64,000 nt of DNA from assembly GCA_040289515.1 (NCBI GenBank), contig PSLI01000002.1, positions 20,014 to 84,013 on the forward strand, in the 5' to 3' direction. Origin of the DNA: Candidatus Sysuimicrobiota bacterium (GTDB lineage Bacteria > Sysuimicrobiota > Sysuimicrobiia > Sysuimicrobiales > Sysuimicrobiaceae). Below the pieces are notes generated by a model. It did no database searches. It was given only the letters and a program-made list of their open reading frames with translations, and had not been told where the DNA came from. Made by a program: the position numbers and the translations under genes. Each line of letters opens with the position of its first letter. Position 1 is the stretch's first letter. Shown here piece after piece: positions 11,133-18,798 of the stretch.

Positions 11133-11476
11133 GCGGGTTCTTAGCGGTGGCCCGGGTGGAGGACATCCCCGACCGGCGCGGCAAGGCGTTCGAGGTGGCG
11201 GGGCGGCGCATCGCGGTGTTTAACCTGGGAGGGCACTTCTACGCCATCGATGACACCTGCACCCACGAGGAGGCCTCCCTGTCCGCGGGGCCGGTGATGG
11301 GGGAGATGGCCGTCTGCCCCCGCCACGGCTCCCGGTTCCACATCCCCACGGGGCAGGTCCGGTCGCTGCCCGCGGTGCGCAACGTGGCCACGTACGCGGT
11401 AAAGGTGGAGGACGGCTTGGTGTACGTGGACCCCACGCCCCGCGTGCACGCGGGCCGCATCCACGGCGGGGCCTGA
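11129..11476 (+). CDS. Rieske (2Fe-2S) ferredoxin-like protein inside the suf operon
   Basis: CTHEEASL...CPRHGSRF gives the CxH...CxxH Rieske ligands. The GTG start overlaps the sufD stop. Only the last 115 codons of track ORF 10295..11476 are taken as coding. Confidence 0.8.
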   Translation: MSGFLAVARVEDIPDRRGKAFEVAGRRIAVFNLGGHFYAIDDTCTHEEASLSAGPVMGEMAVCPRHGSRFHIPTGQVRSLPAVRNVATYAVKVEDGLVYVDPTPRVHAGRIHGGA

Positions 11477-11496
11477 AGGACGGCGAGGAGGGGACG

Positions 11497-12729
11497 GTGC
11501 CCATCCCCCCGGACGTGCGGCAGCACTTCCCCCTGCTGCAGAGGTCGGTGGACGGAAAGCCGCTGGTGTACCTGGACAGCGCGGCGACCTCGCAAAAACC
11601 CCGGGTGGTTCTGGAAGCCCTCCAGCGGTACTACGAGGAGTACAACGCCAACGTGCACCGAGGCCTGTACCGCATCGCGGAGCGGGCCACCCTGGCCTAC
11701 GAGGAGGCGCGGGCCAAGGTGGCTGCCTTCGTGGGCGGCCGGCCGGAGGAGCTGGTCTTCACCCGGGGGACCACGGAGGCCATCAACCTGGTGGCGTACG
11801 CATGGGGAGACGCGTACGTACGGCCAGGCGACGAGATCCTGGTCACCGAGATGGAGCACCACAGCAACCTCGTGCCCTGGCAGCTGCTGGCCCAGCGCCG
11901 GGGTGCCACCCTGCGGGTGCTGCGGGTCCGGCCCGAGGACGGAACCCTGGACCTGGAGGCCCTGGATGGGCTGCTCACGGAGCGGACCCGGATCGTGGCC
12001 GTGACCCACCAGTCCAACGTGGTGGGCACCATCAACCCCGTGCGGCACATCGCGGACCGGGCACACGCGGTGGGCGCCGTGGTGCTGGTGGACGGCGCGC
12101 AGAGCGTCCCCCACATGCCCGTGCGGGTGGATGAGCTAGGCTGTGACTTTTTGGCCTTCTCCGGACACAAGATGTGCGGTCCCACGGGCATCGGCGCCCT
12201 GTGGGGGAGGCGGGAGCTGCTGGAGGCCATGCCGCCTTTCCACGGAGGCGGGGAGATGATCGAGCGGGTGGGACTGGATCGTTCTACGTACAAGGACCCG
12301 CCGCACCGGTTCGAGGCGGGGACCCCCAACATCGCGGATGCCATCGCCTTGGGTGTGGCCGTGGGCTACCTGACCTCCGTGGGGATGGAGGCGGTGTGGG
12401 AGCACGAGAAAGCGCTGGTCCGCTACGCTTTGACCCAGCTGGCGGAAATGGAAGGCGTGCGGGTATACGGGCCCCGCGACCCCAAGCGGCGAGGGGGTGC
12501 GGTGGCGTTCACCGTGGAGGGGGTGCACCCCCACGATGTGGCCCAGGTGCTGGACGGGGAGGGTGTATGCGTGCGGGCGGGGCACCATTGCGCGCAGCCC
12601 CTGCACCGTGCCTTGGGAGTCCAGGCTACCGCCCGGGCCAGTGTGTACCTGTACAATACTCCCGAGGACGTGGACGCCCTGGTGCGCGGCCTGGAGCAGG
12701 TGCGGGCCTTCTTCGGGCGGGCCTCTTGA
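11497..12729 (+). CDS. sufS: cysteine desulfurase SufS (class II)
   Basis: PLP-lysine region SGHKMCGPTGIGALW. The catalytic-Cys loop GHHCAQP is present. Typical SufS length (410 aa). Confidence 0.9.
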   Translation: MPIPPDVRQHFPLLQRSVDGKPLVYLDSAATSQKPRVVLEALQRYYEEYNANVHRGLYRIAERATLAYEEARAKVAAFVGGRPEELVFTRGTTEAINLVAYAWGDAYVRPGDEILVTEMEHHSNLVPWQLLAQRRGATLRVLRVRPEDGTLDLEALDGLLTERTRIVAVTHQSNVVGTINPVRHIADRAHAVGAVVLVDGAQSVPHMPVRVDELGCDFLAFSGHKMCGPTGIGALWGRRELLEAMPPFHGGGEMIERVGLDRSTYKDPPHRFEAGTPNIADAIALGVAVGYLTSVGMEAVWEHEKALVRYALTQLAEMEGVRVYGPRDPKRRGGAVAFTVEGVHPHDVAQVLDGEGVCVRAGHHCAQPLHRALGVQATARASVYLYNTPEDVDALVRGLEQVRAFFGRAS

Positions 12730-12745
12730 ACCGGAGAGAAGCTGG

Positions 12746-13210
12746 ATGCTGCAGGACCTGTACCGGGAGATCATCCTGGACCACTACGCGCACCCACGCA
12801 ACCGGGGAAAGGTGGAGGGGGCGGACATCGCCGTGGAAGGGGTCAACCCCTCCTGCGGGGACGAGATCAGCCTGTACGCCCGGGTCCGGGACGGCCGCCT
12901 GGAGGAGATCCGGTTCGAGGGGCGCGGGTGCTCCATCAGCCAGGCATCTGCGTCCATGATGACGGAAGCCCTCCGGGGCAAGACCCTCTCCGCCGCCCTG
13001 GAGCTGGCCGAAAAGTTCAAGGCCATGATGCACGGACAGCCACCTGACGAAGAACACCTTGGGGAGCTAGTGGCCCTGCAGGGGGTGCGCCGCTTCCCGG
13101 TCCGTATCAAGTGCGCCACCCTGGCATGGGGGGCGTTGCAGCAGGGGCTCCGGGAGTACCAGGCGGGTGGGGCCTCCCGTACCGTAGCTTCCACAGAGGA
13201 CGAGCTGTAA
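12746..13210 (+). CDS. sufU: SufU/IscU-type Fe-S cluster assembly scaffold (sulfur acceptor)
   Basis: NPSCGDEISLY...GRGCSISQASASMMTE...KCATLAW carries the three Cys residues of the SufU signature. Confidence 0.9.
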   Translation: MLQDLYREIILDHYAHPRNRGKVEGADIAVEGVNPSCGDEISLYARVRDGRLEEIRFEGRGCSISQASASMMTEALRGKTLSAALELAEKFKAMMHGQPPDEEHLGELVALQGVRRFPVRIKCATLAWGALQQGLREYQAGGASRTVASTEDEL

Positions 13211-13250
13211 GCGCGTTCGGGCTCCACTAAACTGGTAACCTGGACTCACC

Positions 13251-13781
13251 GTGGCGGGCCGCGCTGGTTGGTGGGTGCTATCGGGGCTGGTGGCCGTCCT
13301 GGCCCTGGCGTGGCTTTTGGGGCAGCCCCGTCACACCCCCCGGGCGGGCCCGCAGAGGCTCCCCGCCGCCCCCGCCTTCGTGCTGGACACCCTGGACGGA
13401 CGCACTTTGGAGTTGGCGCAGCTGCGGGGTCAGCCCGTGGTGCTCAACTTCTGGGCCTCCTGGTGCGCCCCGTGCCGGAAGGAGATGCCGGTGCTGGTGC
13501 GGGCCTGGCAGCGACACGGCAAGCACGTTCACTTCGTGGGGGTGAACGTGCTGGACGACCCCGAGGAGGCTCAGCGCTTCCTGGAGGAGTTCCGGGTTCC
13601 CTATCCCTCGGTGCACGACCCCAGGGGCGACACCCTGCGGTGGTTCCGGGTGGTAGGGCTGCCCACCACGGTGTTTGTGAGCCGCGAGGGCGGTCTGGCG
13701 GGCTTCCACGCGGGGCCGTTCTTGGACCTGGAGGGGGAAGGGGCCCTAGAGCGGGCCATTCGGGAGGTGCTGAGCCGTTGA
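13251..13781 (+). CDS. TlpA/ResA-like membrane-anchored thiol:disulfide oxidoreductase
   Basis: N-terminal TM segment followed by a thioredoxin fold with WASWCAPC. Confidence 0.8.
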   Translation: MAGRAGWWVLSGLVAVLALAWLLGQPRHTPRAGPQRLPAAPAFVLDTLDGRTLELAQLRGQPVVLNFWASWCAPCRKEMPVLVRAWQRHGKHVHFVGVNVLDDPEEAQRFLEEFRVPYPSVHDPRGDTLRWFRVVGLPTTVFVSREGGLAGFHAGPFLDLEGEGALERAIREVLSR

Positions 13782-13804
13782 GGGCCTTGCGCGTGGAGGC
13801 ACGG

Positions 13805-14533
13805 ATGGTGAAGTCGGTCGGCAGAGATCGTGCCGCGGCCGCCCTGAAGGCGGCTACGGTGGTCCTGCTGGCCTTCATGGGCTTCCTCCTGGTGAGTCAG
13901 GCGCGGGCGGGCCGCTACTTCCGGGAGCAGCCGGAGGTGCGCACACGGAACCTGTACGCCCTTGCCACCATGCTGCGGCAGGAGCGGGAGGCACGGCGAC
14001 AGCTGGAGGAGGAGCTGGCCACCCTGCAGGAGCGGGTGCGGGAGTACGAGCAGGCCGCGGCCACGGGCAGGACAGCCCTGGAGGTCCTGCGCCGGCAGCT
14101 GGAGGAGTACCGGGTGGCGCTGGGCCTAGTGCCCGTGGAGGGGCCCGGCGTGGTGGTACAGGTCGCGGAACCGCGCCGGAGCGTCCGGGGGCCGGTGGCG
14201 GTGCAGTACCAGGATTTGGTGGCCTTGGCCAACGAGCTTTGGGCCGCGGGTGCGGAGGCGGTGGCGGTGAACGGCCAGCGGGTGGTGGCCAACAGCGGCT
14301 TTAGCCAGGTGGGCGGCACCATCCTGGTGAACCTGCGGCGCCTGTCTGCGCCGTTTGTGCTGGAGGCTATTGGGGACCCGGGTACCCTGGAGGGGGCCCT
14401 CAACATCCGGGGCGGCGTGGTGGAGGGGCTGAAGGGCCTGGGTTTGGACGTGCGGGTACAGCGGCGCGACCGCATCCGCCTGCCCGCCCTGCGGGGTGGG
14501 TTCAAGTTCGAGCACGCGCGGCCGGTCCCGTGA
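13805..14533 (+). CDS. DUF881 family membrane protein (YlxW/YlxX-like, cell-envelope/division associated)
   Basis: N-terminal TM, then a coiled-coil, then the C-terminal motif ALANELWAAGAEAVAVNGQRVV...PFVLEAIGDPGTLEGAL. Family recalled from memory. ATG at 13805 chosen, GTG at 13793 also possible. Confidence 0.6.
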   Translation: MVKSVGRDRAAAALKAATVVLLAFMGFLLVSQARAGRYFREQPEVRTRNLYALATMLRQEREARRQLEEELATLQERVREYEQAAATGRTALEVLRRQLEEYRVALGLVPVEGPGVVVQVAEPRRSVRGPVAVQYQDLVALANELWAAGAEAVAVNGQRVVANSGFSQVGGTILVNLRRLSAPFVLEAIGDPGTLEGALNIRGGVVEGLKGLGLDVRVQRRDRIRLPALRGGFKFEHARPVP

Positions 14534-15627
14534 CGCACGACGTGGTGGTGGCGGGGGCCTCCTTCGCGGGCCTGGCGGTCGTCCAGGCGGTGCAGGGCCG
14601 CGCCTTGGTAGTGGATCCGCGGCCCCTGGGAGAAGGGCAGACCTCCGCCTGCGGTGCTCCCCTGTCCGTGGTGGAGCGCGCGGGCGCCGCAGGGGCCGTG
14701 CAGCAGGTGCACCGCTTGCTGGTGCTGCACACCCGACGCCGGACGTTCGTGTGGGAGCTGCAGGAGCCGTTCTGCACCTTCGACTACCGGGCCTTCTGCC
14801 GTCTGGCGTGGCAGCGGGTCCAGGCGGAGCTGGTATCAGCGCAGGCGCGGTCTTTCGACGGCACCTGGGTGCACACCTCCGCGGGCCGGTTCGGCGCGGA
14901 GGTGGCGGTGGACTGCACGGGCTGGAGAGCGCGCCTGGCGGGTTCTGCACCTGGGGCCGAACGGCGACGCGGGGCTCGTTGGAAGTGGTTCGGGATCGAG
15001 ACGGAAATCCCGGCGGCCTTCGAGTCGGGCCTGCACTTCTACTTTTGGCCGGAGCTGGTCGAGGACGGTTATGCGTGGGCGTTCCCGTGCGGGGAGGTGG
15101 TGCGGTTCGGGGTGCTGTCGTACCGCGGCCGCACCCGGCTGCAGGATCCCCTGCACCGATTCCTGGCTTACTTCGCGGTGCAGCCCCGTGGCTACCACGG
15201 GGGTTTCCTGGGCGTGGGACCTGGCTGGCCGGGGGAGGGCCGGCTGTTCGTGGTGGGCGACAGCGGCGGCCACTGCCTGCCCCTCACGGGCGAGGGCATC
15301 CGGTCCAGTCTCCACGCGGGGTGGCTGGTGGGCGGCTTGGTAAGCGAGGTCCTGGCAGGGCGCATCAGCCTGCAGGAGGCGCACCGGCGCTACCGCCAGT
15401 ACCTCCGGGCCCAGGGCCCCACGGTGGCTTTCCTCGCGGCGGCCACGGGGGTCTTTGCGCGTTTGCCGCCTGCCTTGCTGGAGCGGGTGGTCGCCGCCTG
15501 CTCCATCCCGGCCGTGCGACGCGCCTTCCTGCGGCACTACCTGGCCACTTTTCCTCCCGGTGAGGTCTGCCACCACCCCGCCGCGGGCACCGGGCAGCAT
15601 CCCGGGCGCGTAATGCCTTCCCGGTGA
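14530..15627 (+). CDS. FAD-dependent oxidoreductase, geranylgeranyl reductase family
   Basis: N-terminal VVVAGASFAGLA dinucleotide-binding fold. Later motif GDSGGHCLPLTGEGI matches the GGR-type GDAAG..P.tGeGI. GTGA overlap with the upstream gene. Confidence 0.6.
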   Translation: MTHDVVVAGASFAGLAVVQAVQGRALVVDPRPLGEGQTSACGAPLSVVERAGAAGAVQQVHRLLVLHTRRRTFVWELQEPFCTFDYRAFCRLAWQRVQAELVSAQARSFDGTWVHTSAGRFGAEVAVDCTGWRARLAGSAPGAERRRGARWKWFGIETEIPAAFESGLHFYFWPELVEDGYAWAFPCGEVVRFGVLSYRGRTRLQDPLHRFLAYFAVQPRGYHGGFLGVGPGWPGEGRLFVVGDSGGHCLPLTGEGIRSSLHAGWLVGGLVSEVLAGRISLQEAHRRYRQYLRAQGPTVAFLAAATGVFARLPPALLERVVAACSIPAVRRAFLRHYLATFPPGEVCHHPAAGTGQHPGRVMPSR

Positions 15628-15660
15628 GTGGTACCCTGTTGGGTGTACGGAGTTTACTAG

Positions 15661-15747
15661 GCCGGAGTGGCGGAACCGGCAGACGCGCCGGACTCAAAAT
15701 CCGGTGGGCGCCAGCCCGTGTGGGTTCGAGTCCCACCTCCGGCACCA
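15661..15747 (+). tRNA. tRNA-Leu (anticodon CAA), class II with long variable arm, CCA encoded
   Basis: Acceptor GCCGGAG/CTCCGGC. Anticodon stem CCGGA/TCCGG with loop CTCAAAA. T-loop GGTTCGAGTCC. Ends ACCA. Confidence 0.9.
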
Positions 15748-15822
15748 GGGCGGATAGCTCAGCGGGAGAGCACGTCCCTTACAAGGACGGGGTCGCAGGT
15801 TCGACTCCTGCTCCGCCCACCA
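15748..15822 (+). tRNA. tRNA-Val (anticodon TAC), CCA encoded
   Basis: GGGCGGATAGCTCAGCGGGAGAGCACGTCCCTTACAAGGACGGGGTCGCAGGTTCGACTCCTGCTCCGCCCACCA, very similar to E. coli tRNA-Val(UAC). It abuts tRNA-Leu directly. Confidence 0.9.
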
Positions 15823-15858
15823 ACCGGCCGCCTCGGCAGCCGGACAGGAAGGCGCCCC

Positions 15859-16326
15859 ATGCGCGTGACGGTGCCATTGGAAGTCCGGTACGCGGAGACC
15901 GACCAGATGGGAGTGGTGCACCACGCGGTGTACGTGGTGTGGATGGAGGCCGCCCGGGTAGAGTTCCTCAAGCGTGTGGGCAGCCCCTACCACGAGCTCG
16001 AACGCGCGGGCGTGCGGCTGCCCGTGGTGGAGCTGGGTGTGGTGTACCGTGCTCCCGCGGCCTTCGGCCAGGTGGTGGAGGTAAGCTGCGAGCTGCGCCA
16101 CCTGGCCAGCCGGGCCGCTTCCTTCCACTACGCGGTTCACTCGGACGGGCGGCTGCTGGCCGAAGGCTTCACCCGCCATGTGTGCTGCGACGCCCAAGGT
16201 CGGGTGGTGGCGCTGCCCGAGCCCGTGCGCCGGGTGCTGGAAGCTGCGCGATCCGCCGCACCATCGAGCTCAAGGTCGGGCCGGCGGGGGCCATGCTCTA
16301 AAATAGGGCCGCAAGGCCCCGAATAG
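15859..16326 (+). CDS. hotdog-fold acyl-CoA thioesterase (YbgC/4HBT family)
   Basis: YAETDQMGVVHHAVYVVWMEAARVEFL has the characteristic 4HBT helix. The ~25 aa low-complexity C-terminal tail may be read-through. Confidence 0.75.
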   Translation: MRVTVPLEVRYAETDQMGVVHHAVYVVWMEAARVEFLKRVGSPYHELERAGVRLPVVELGVVYRAPAAFGQVVEVSCELRHLASRAASFHYAVHSDGRLLAEGFTRHVCCDAQGRVVALPEPVRRVLEAARSAAPSSSRSGRRGPCSKIGPQGPE

Positions 16327-16350
16327 GGCAGTAAGAGGAGGTGAGCACTC

Positions 16351-16524
16351 TTGGCAGTACGGACAGCCGTTCGGGACGCCGCGCTGAACTGCTACCGGGA
16401 GCTCGTGCGCATCCAAAAGGAGCTGCAGGGTCTGGGCGAGTACCCCAGCACCAAGGACGTCGTCAAGCAGGTGCAGGCGCTGGTGGAGGCACTGCAGCGC
16501 TTCATGCGGGAGGCTGGCGACTGA
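16351..16524 (+). CDS. hypothetical small protein (57 aa, TTG start)
   Basis: AGGAGGTGA RBS 7 nt upstream of TTG. Protein-like sequence LAVRTAVRDAALNCYRELVRIQKELQGLGEYPSTKDVVKQVQALVEALQRFMREAGD. It is not in the ORF track; a different frame from the listed 16341 ORF. Confidence 0.35.
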   Translation: MAVRTAVRDAALNCYRELVRIQKELQGLGEYPSTKDVVKQVQALVEALQRFMREAGD

Positions 16525-16555
16525 GGGGCCCTCGCGGTTGCGGGCCGGGGTGCCC

Positions 16556-18424
16556 TCAGCGCCCGTGGCCGTCGGGCTTCGCCCTGGGGCAGACGGCAAA
16601 CGGCCAGAAGTCCCGGCAGGTGGAACTGTACAGGTCGGGCGCAGACGGGCGGCTGTCGGGCTGCCTCCGCAGGGACTCGCGGAAGGCTGCCCACAGCAGC
16701 CTCGCTGCCTGGCCCCTGGTCAGGGCGTGGCGATCCACGGGCTCGGAGGTTGGCAGCCCAAGAGCACGCAGCAGGGCGGATGCGGCCGCCCCGGGCAGGG
16801 GGTAACCCAGGGTCGGGAAGGACGCCAGGCGCACCGCCTGAATCACGTCCACCGCGGAGTCGGGCCCGCGCGCGCGGAAGAAATGCTCCAGGTCCTCCAG
16901 CCACTCGCGCACGGAGATGGGCCGGCGCAGGTGCATGCCTCCCCGCAACCAGTACGAGCCGTTAAACAGGCCCCTGCGCAGCAGCTCCACCGCGTCCGGG
17001 TAGCCCGGATCCAGCACGTCGTCCAGGGCGGGCTGGCTGGGTGCCTGAAGCCGCACGCCCGCTAGGCGCAGCGCCTTGCGAAGCTGCTGCAGGGCCGTGA
17101 GGTTCTCCACGAGGGCCGCGGGCGGGCGACCCAGGGACCGTGCCACGACCGCGGCGATCCCCGCGGCCTCCCCGAGGGCCATCTGCAGCGGCACCACGCG
17201 CGTGGAGAACGCAGCCACGGAGTCGAAGGAGGCCGCTTGGGAGACCACCAGGAGATTGTCCACTCGCTCCGGCAGCAGGCTCCGCAGAGGCACACCGTAC
17301 GGCGCAGGCACACCTGGCAGGTAGGGGGCCTCCCCTGCGTAGTACGCTTGGCCGTCCAGGGGGTAGCCGCCCACGGCCACGGTGTCGGGAAAGTCGCGGC
17401 CGTACAGCACGTCATCCGCACGCAGCCGGTAGCGCCCCACCATGTGGCGGCTTTCGCGCACGTACAGGGCCGGTGCGGTGCCAGCAAGCTCGGCGGTGCC
17501 GAACACCTGCGGGCTAGCTAGGCGCAGGAATCTTACCACCCGCGTAACCTCCGCCTGCGCCTGGCGGTACGCGGCCACGGCACCGTCAGGGTCCGTGGCG
17601 TCCACCCCGAACACCTGCAGACCCTTCACGAGCACGCTCCCGTCCCCTTGCAGGGCCACCTCCAGGCCCCGGAGGACAAACCGGCTTGGGTCGCTGGGCA
17701 CGTACCTGCTTACGAGGCCACCGAACCCCCACACCAGACCCGGTCCGCGGCCGCCGTCCGCGCAGGGCCGGCGGGGGCACGCGGCCGGGGAGATCTGTGT
17801 CCACGACAGCCCCCGCAGGCGGAACACCAGGCTTGCGGCCATGGATCGGCGATCCAACCCTGTGTCTTCCCGGCCCCCGGTAAACCGCACGCCCGCCGCG
17901 ACGGCTAGCTGTGCCAGGTCCGTGGCGTCCACGAAGGTGGATGCGTGCACCGTCACCGGGCCGTCGGCCGCAGCCAGCGTGGCCGCCACCACACGGCTAC
18001 CCTGCAACTCGACGCCATCCAAGCGCCAGCCCAGCCGCAGCTGCACGCCGGAGGCTTCCAGGAGTTCCCGCAGGACGCGCTCCGCGCGGCGCACGTCCAC
18101 CCCGTCGAAGGAGCCCAGGCGTCTGGCGAACGACTGTGCCAGGCCGCCATATAGCAGAGCGCCGGAAGAATCCCACGACAGGTCGAGGGTGTTCAACCAG
18201 CTCTGCGAGAACGCCCCTCCCACCGAGGACGTCGGTTCCGCCAGCACCACCCGCAGGCCCCGAAAGGCCGCCGCGGCCGCCGCCGTCACCCCCTGGGGGG
18301 TGGCACCGTAGACCAGCACGTCCGCAACCACCGTGCGGGGCTGGGCGTACGCGATCCCCGTGGCGGCCAGCACCAACGCCGCCCCACACAGCGCACAGGC
18401 CCTGTGCCAGGGTTTGTAGGTCAC
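16556..18424 (-). CDS. secreted FAD-dependent oxidoreductase (PF12831-like) with ~200 aa C-terminal extension
   Basis: Signal peptide HRACALCGAALVLAATGIAYA|Q, then FAD-binding LVYGATPQGVTAAAAAAFRGLRVVLAEPTSSVGG. GTG start chosen at the signal peptide. The upstream 132 codons of the track ORF are rejected. Confidence 0.55.
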   Translation of the reverse strand: MTYKPWHRACALCGAALVLAATGIAYAQPRTVVADVLVYGATPQGVTAAAAAAFRGLRVVLAEPTSSVGGAFSQSWLNTLDLSWDSSGALLYGGLAQSFARRLGSFDGVDVRRAERVLRELLEASGVQLRLGWRLDGVELQGSRVVAATLAAADGPVTVHASTFVDATDLAQLAVAAGVRFTGGREDTGLDRRSMAASLVFRLRGLSWTQISPAACPRRPCADGGRGPGLVWGFGGLVSRYVPSDPSRFVLRGLEVALQGDGSVLVKGLQVFGVDATDPDGAVAAYRQAQAEVTRVVRFLRLASPQVFGTAELAGTAPALYVRESRHMVGRYRLRADDVLYGRDFPDTVAVGGYPLDGQAYYAGEAPYLPGVPAPYGVPLRSLLPERVDNLLVVSQAASFDSVAAFSTRVVPLQMALGEAAGIAAVVARSLGRPPAALVENLTALQQLRKALRLAGVRLQAPSQPALDDVLDPGYPDAVELLRRGLFNGSYWLRGGMHLRRPISVREWLEDLEHFFRARGPDSAVDVIQAVRLASFPTLGYPLPGAAASALLRALGLPTSEPVDRHALTRGQAARLLWAAFRESLRRQPDSRPSAPDLYSSTCRDFWPFAVCPRAKPDGHGR

Positions 18425-18470
18425 GTGGCACAACCAATACGGACTCTGCTGGCTCGGTTCCTGCTGCTCC

Positions 18471-18501
18471 TTGACCCAGGATCGCTCCTGCGGGCTAAAA
18501 T
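18471..18501 (+). promoter_or_regulatory. promoter of the ileS leader (TTGACC-19-TAAAAT)
   Basis: -35 TTGACC at 18471 and -10 TAAAAT at about 18496. Confidence 0.5.
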
Positions 18502-18509
18502 CGCCACAC

Positions 18510-18790
18510 GAGGTGACGAGGGGGAGCAAGGGCGCCGCAGGGAGGCCCAACCAGCGAGCCGCGGCGGTGAAAAGGCGGCGGGCCGGGCGGCGTAACCATC
18601 GCCCCGGAGCTTCCCGGCGAAACGGGAACCCGAGTAGCCGAGGACGGGGCCTCCACCGTGATCCGGAGGGCGGAATCGGAGGCGCAGCCTCCCGTTCCGG
18701 ACAAGCGCAGGCCCGTGGGGGCCTGAAGCGGGGTGGTACCGCGGGCTTCGGGGCCCGTCCCGGAGGGGACGGGCCCTTCCCGTTGAGGAG
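18510..18790 (+). promoter_or_regulatory. T-box riboswitch leader (tRNA-Ile responsive) with terminator/antiterminator
   Basis: Conserved T-box sequence AAGCGGGGTGGTACCGCGGG at 18727-18746. Terminator hairpin GGGGCCCGTCCC-GGA-GGGGACGGGCCC at 18750-18777, followed by TTCCCGTT. It sits directly upstream of ileS, as in Firmicutes. Confidence 0.7.
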
Positions 18791-18798
18791 GTGACGAC

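Noticed and set aside
16307-16321. GGGCCGCAAGGCCCC hairpin at the end of the thioesterase gene, as a possible terminator.
   Set aside because: It lies inside the ORF before the stop codon and has no U-tract. It is probably incidental.
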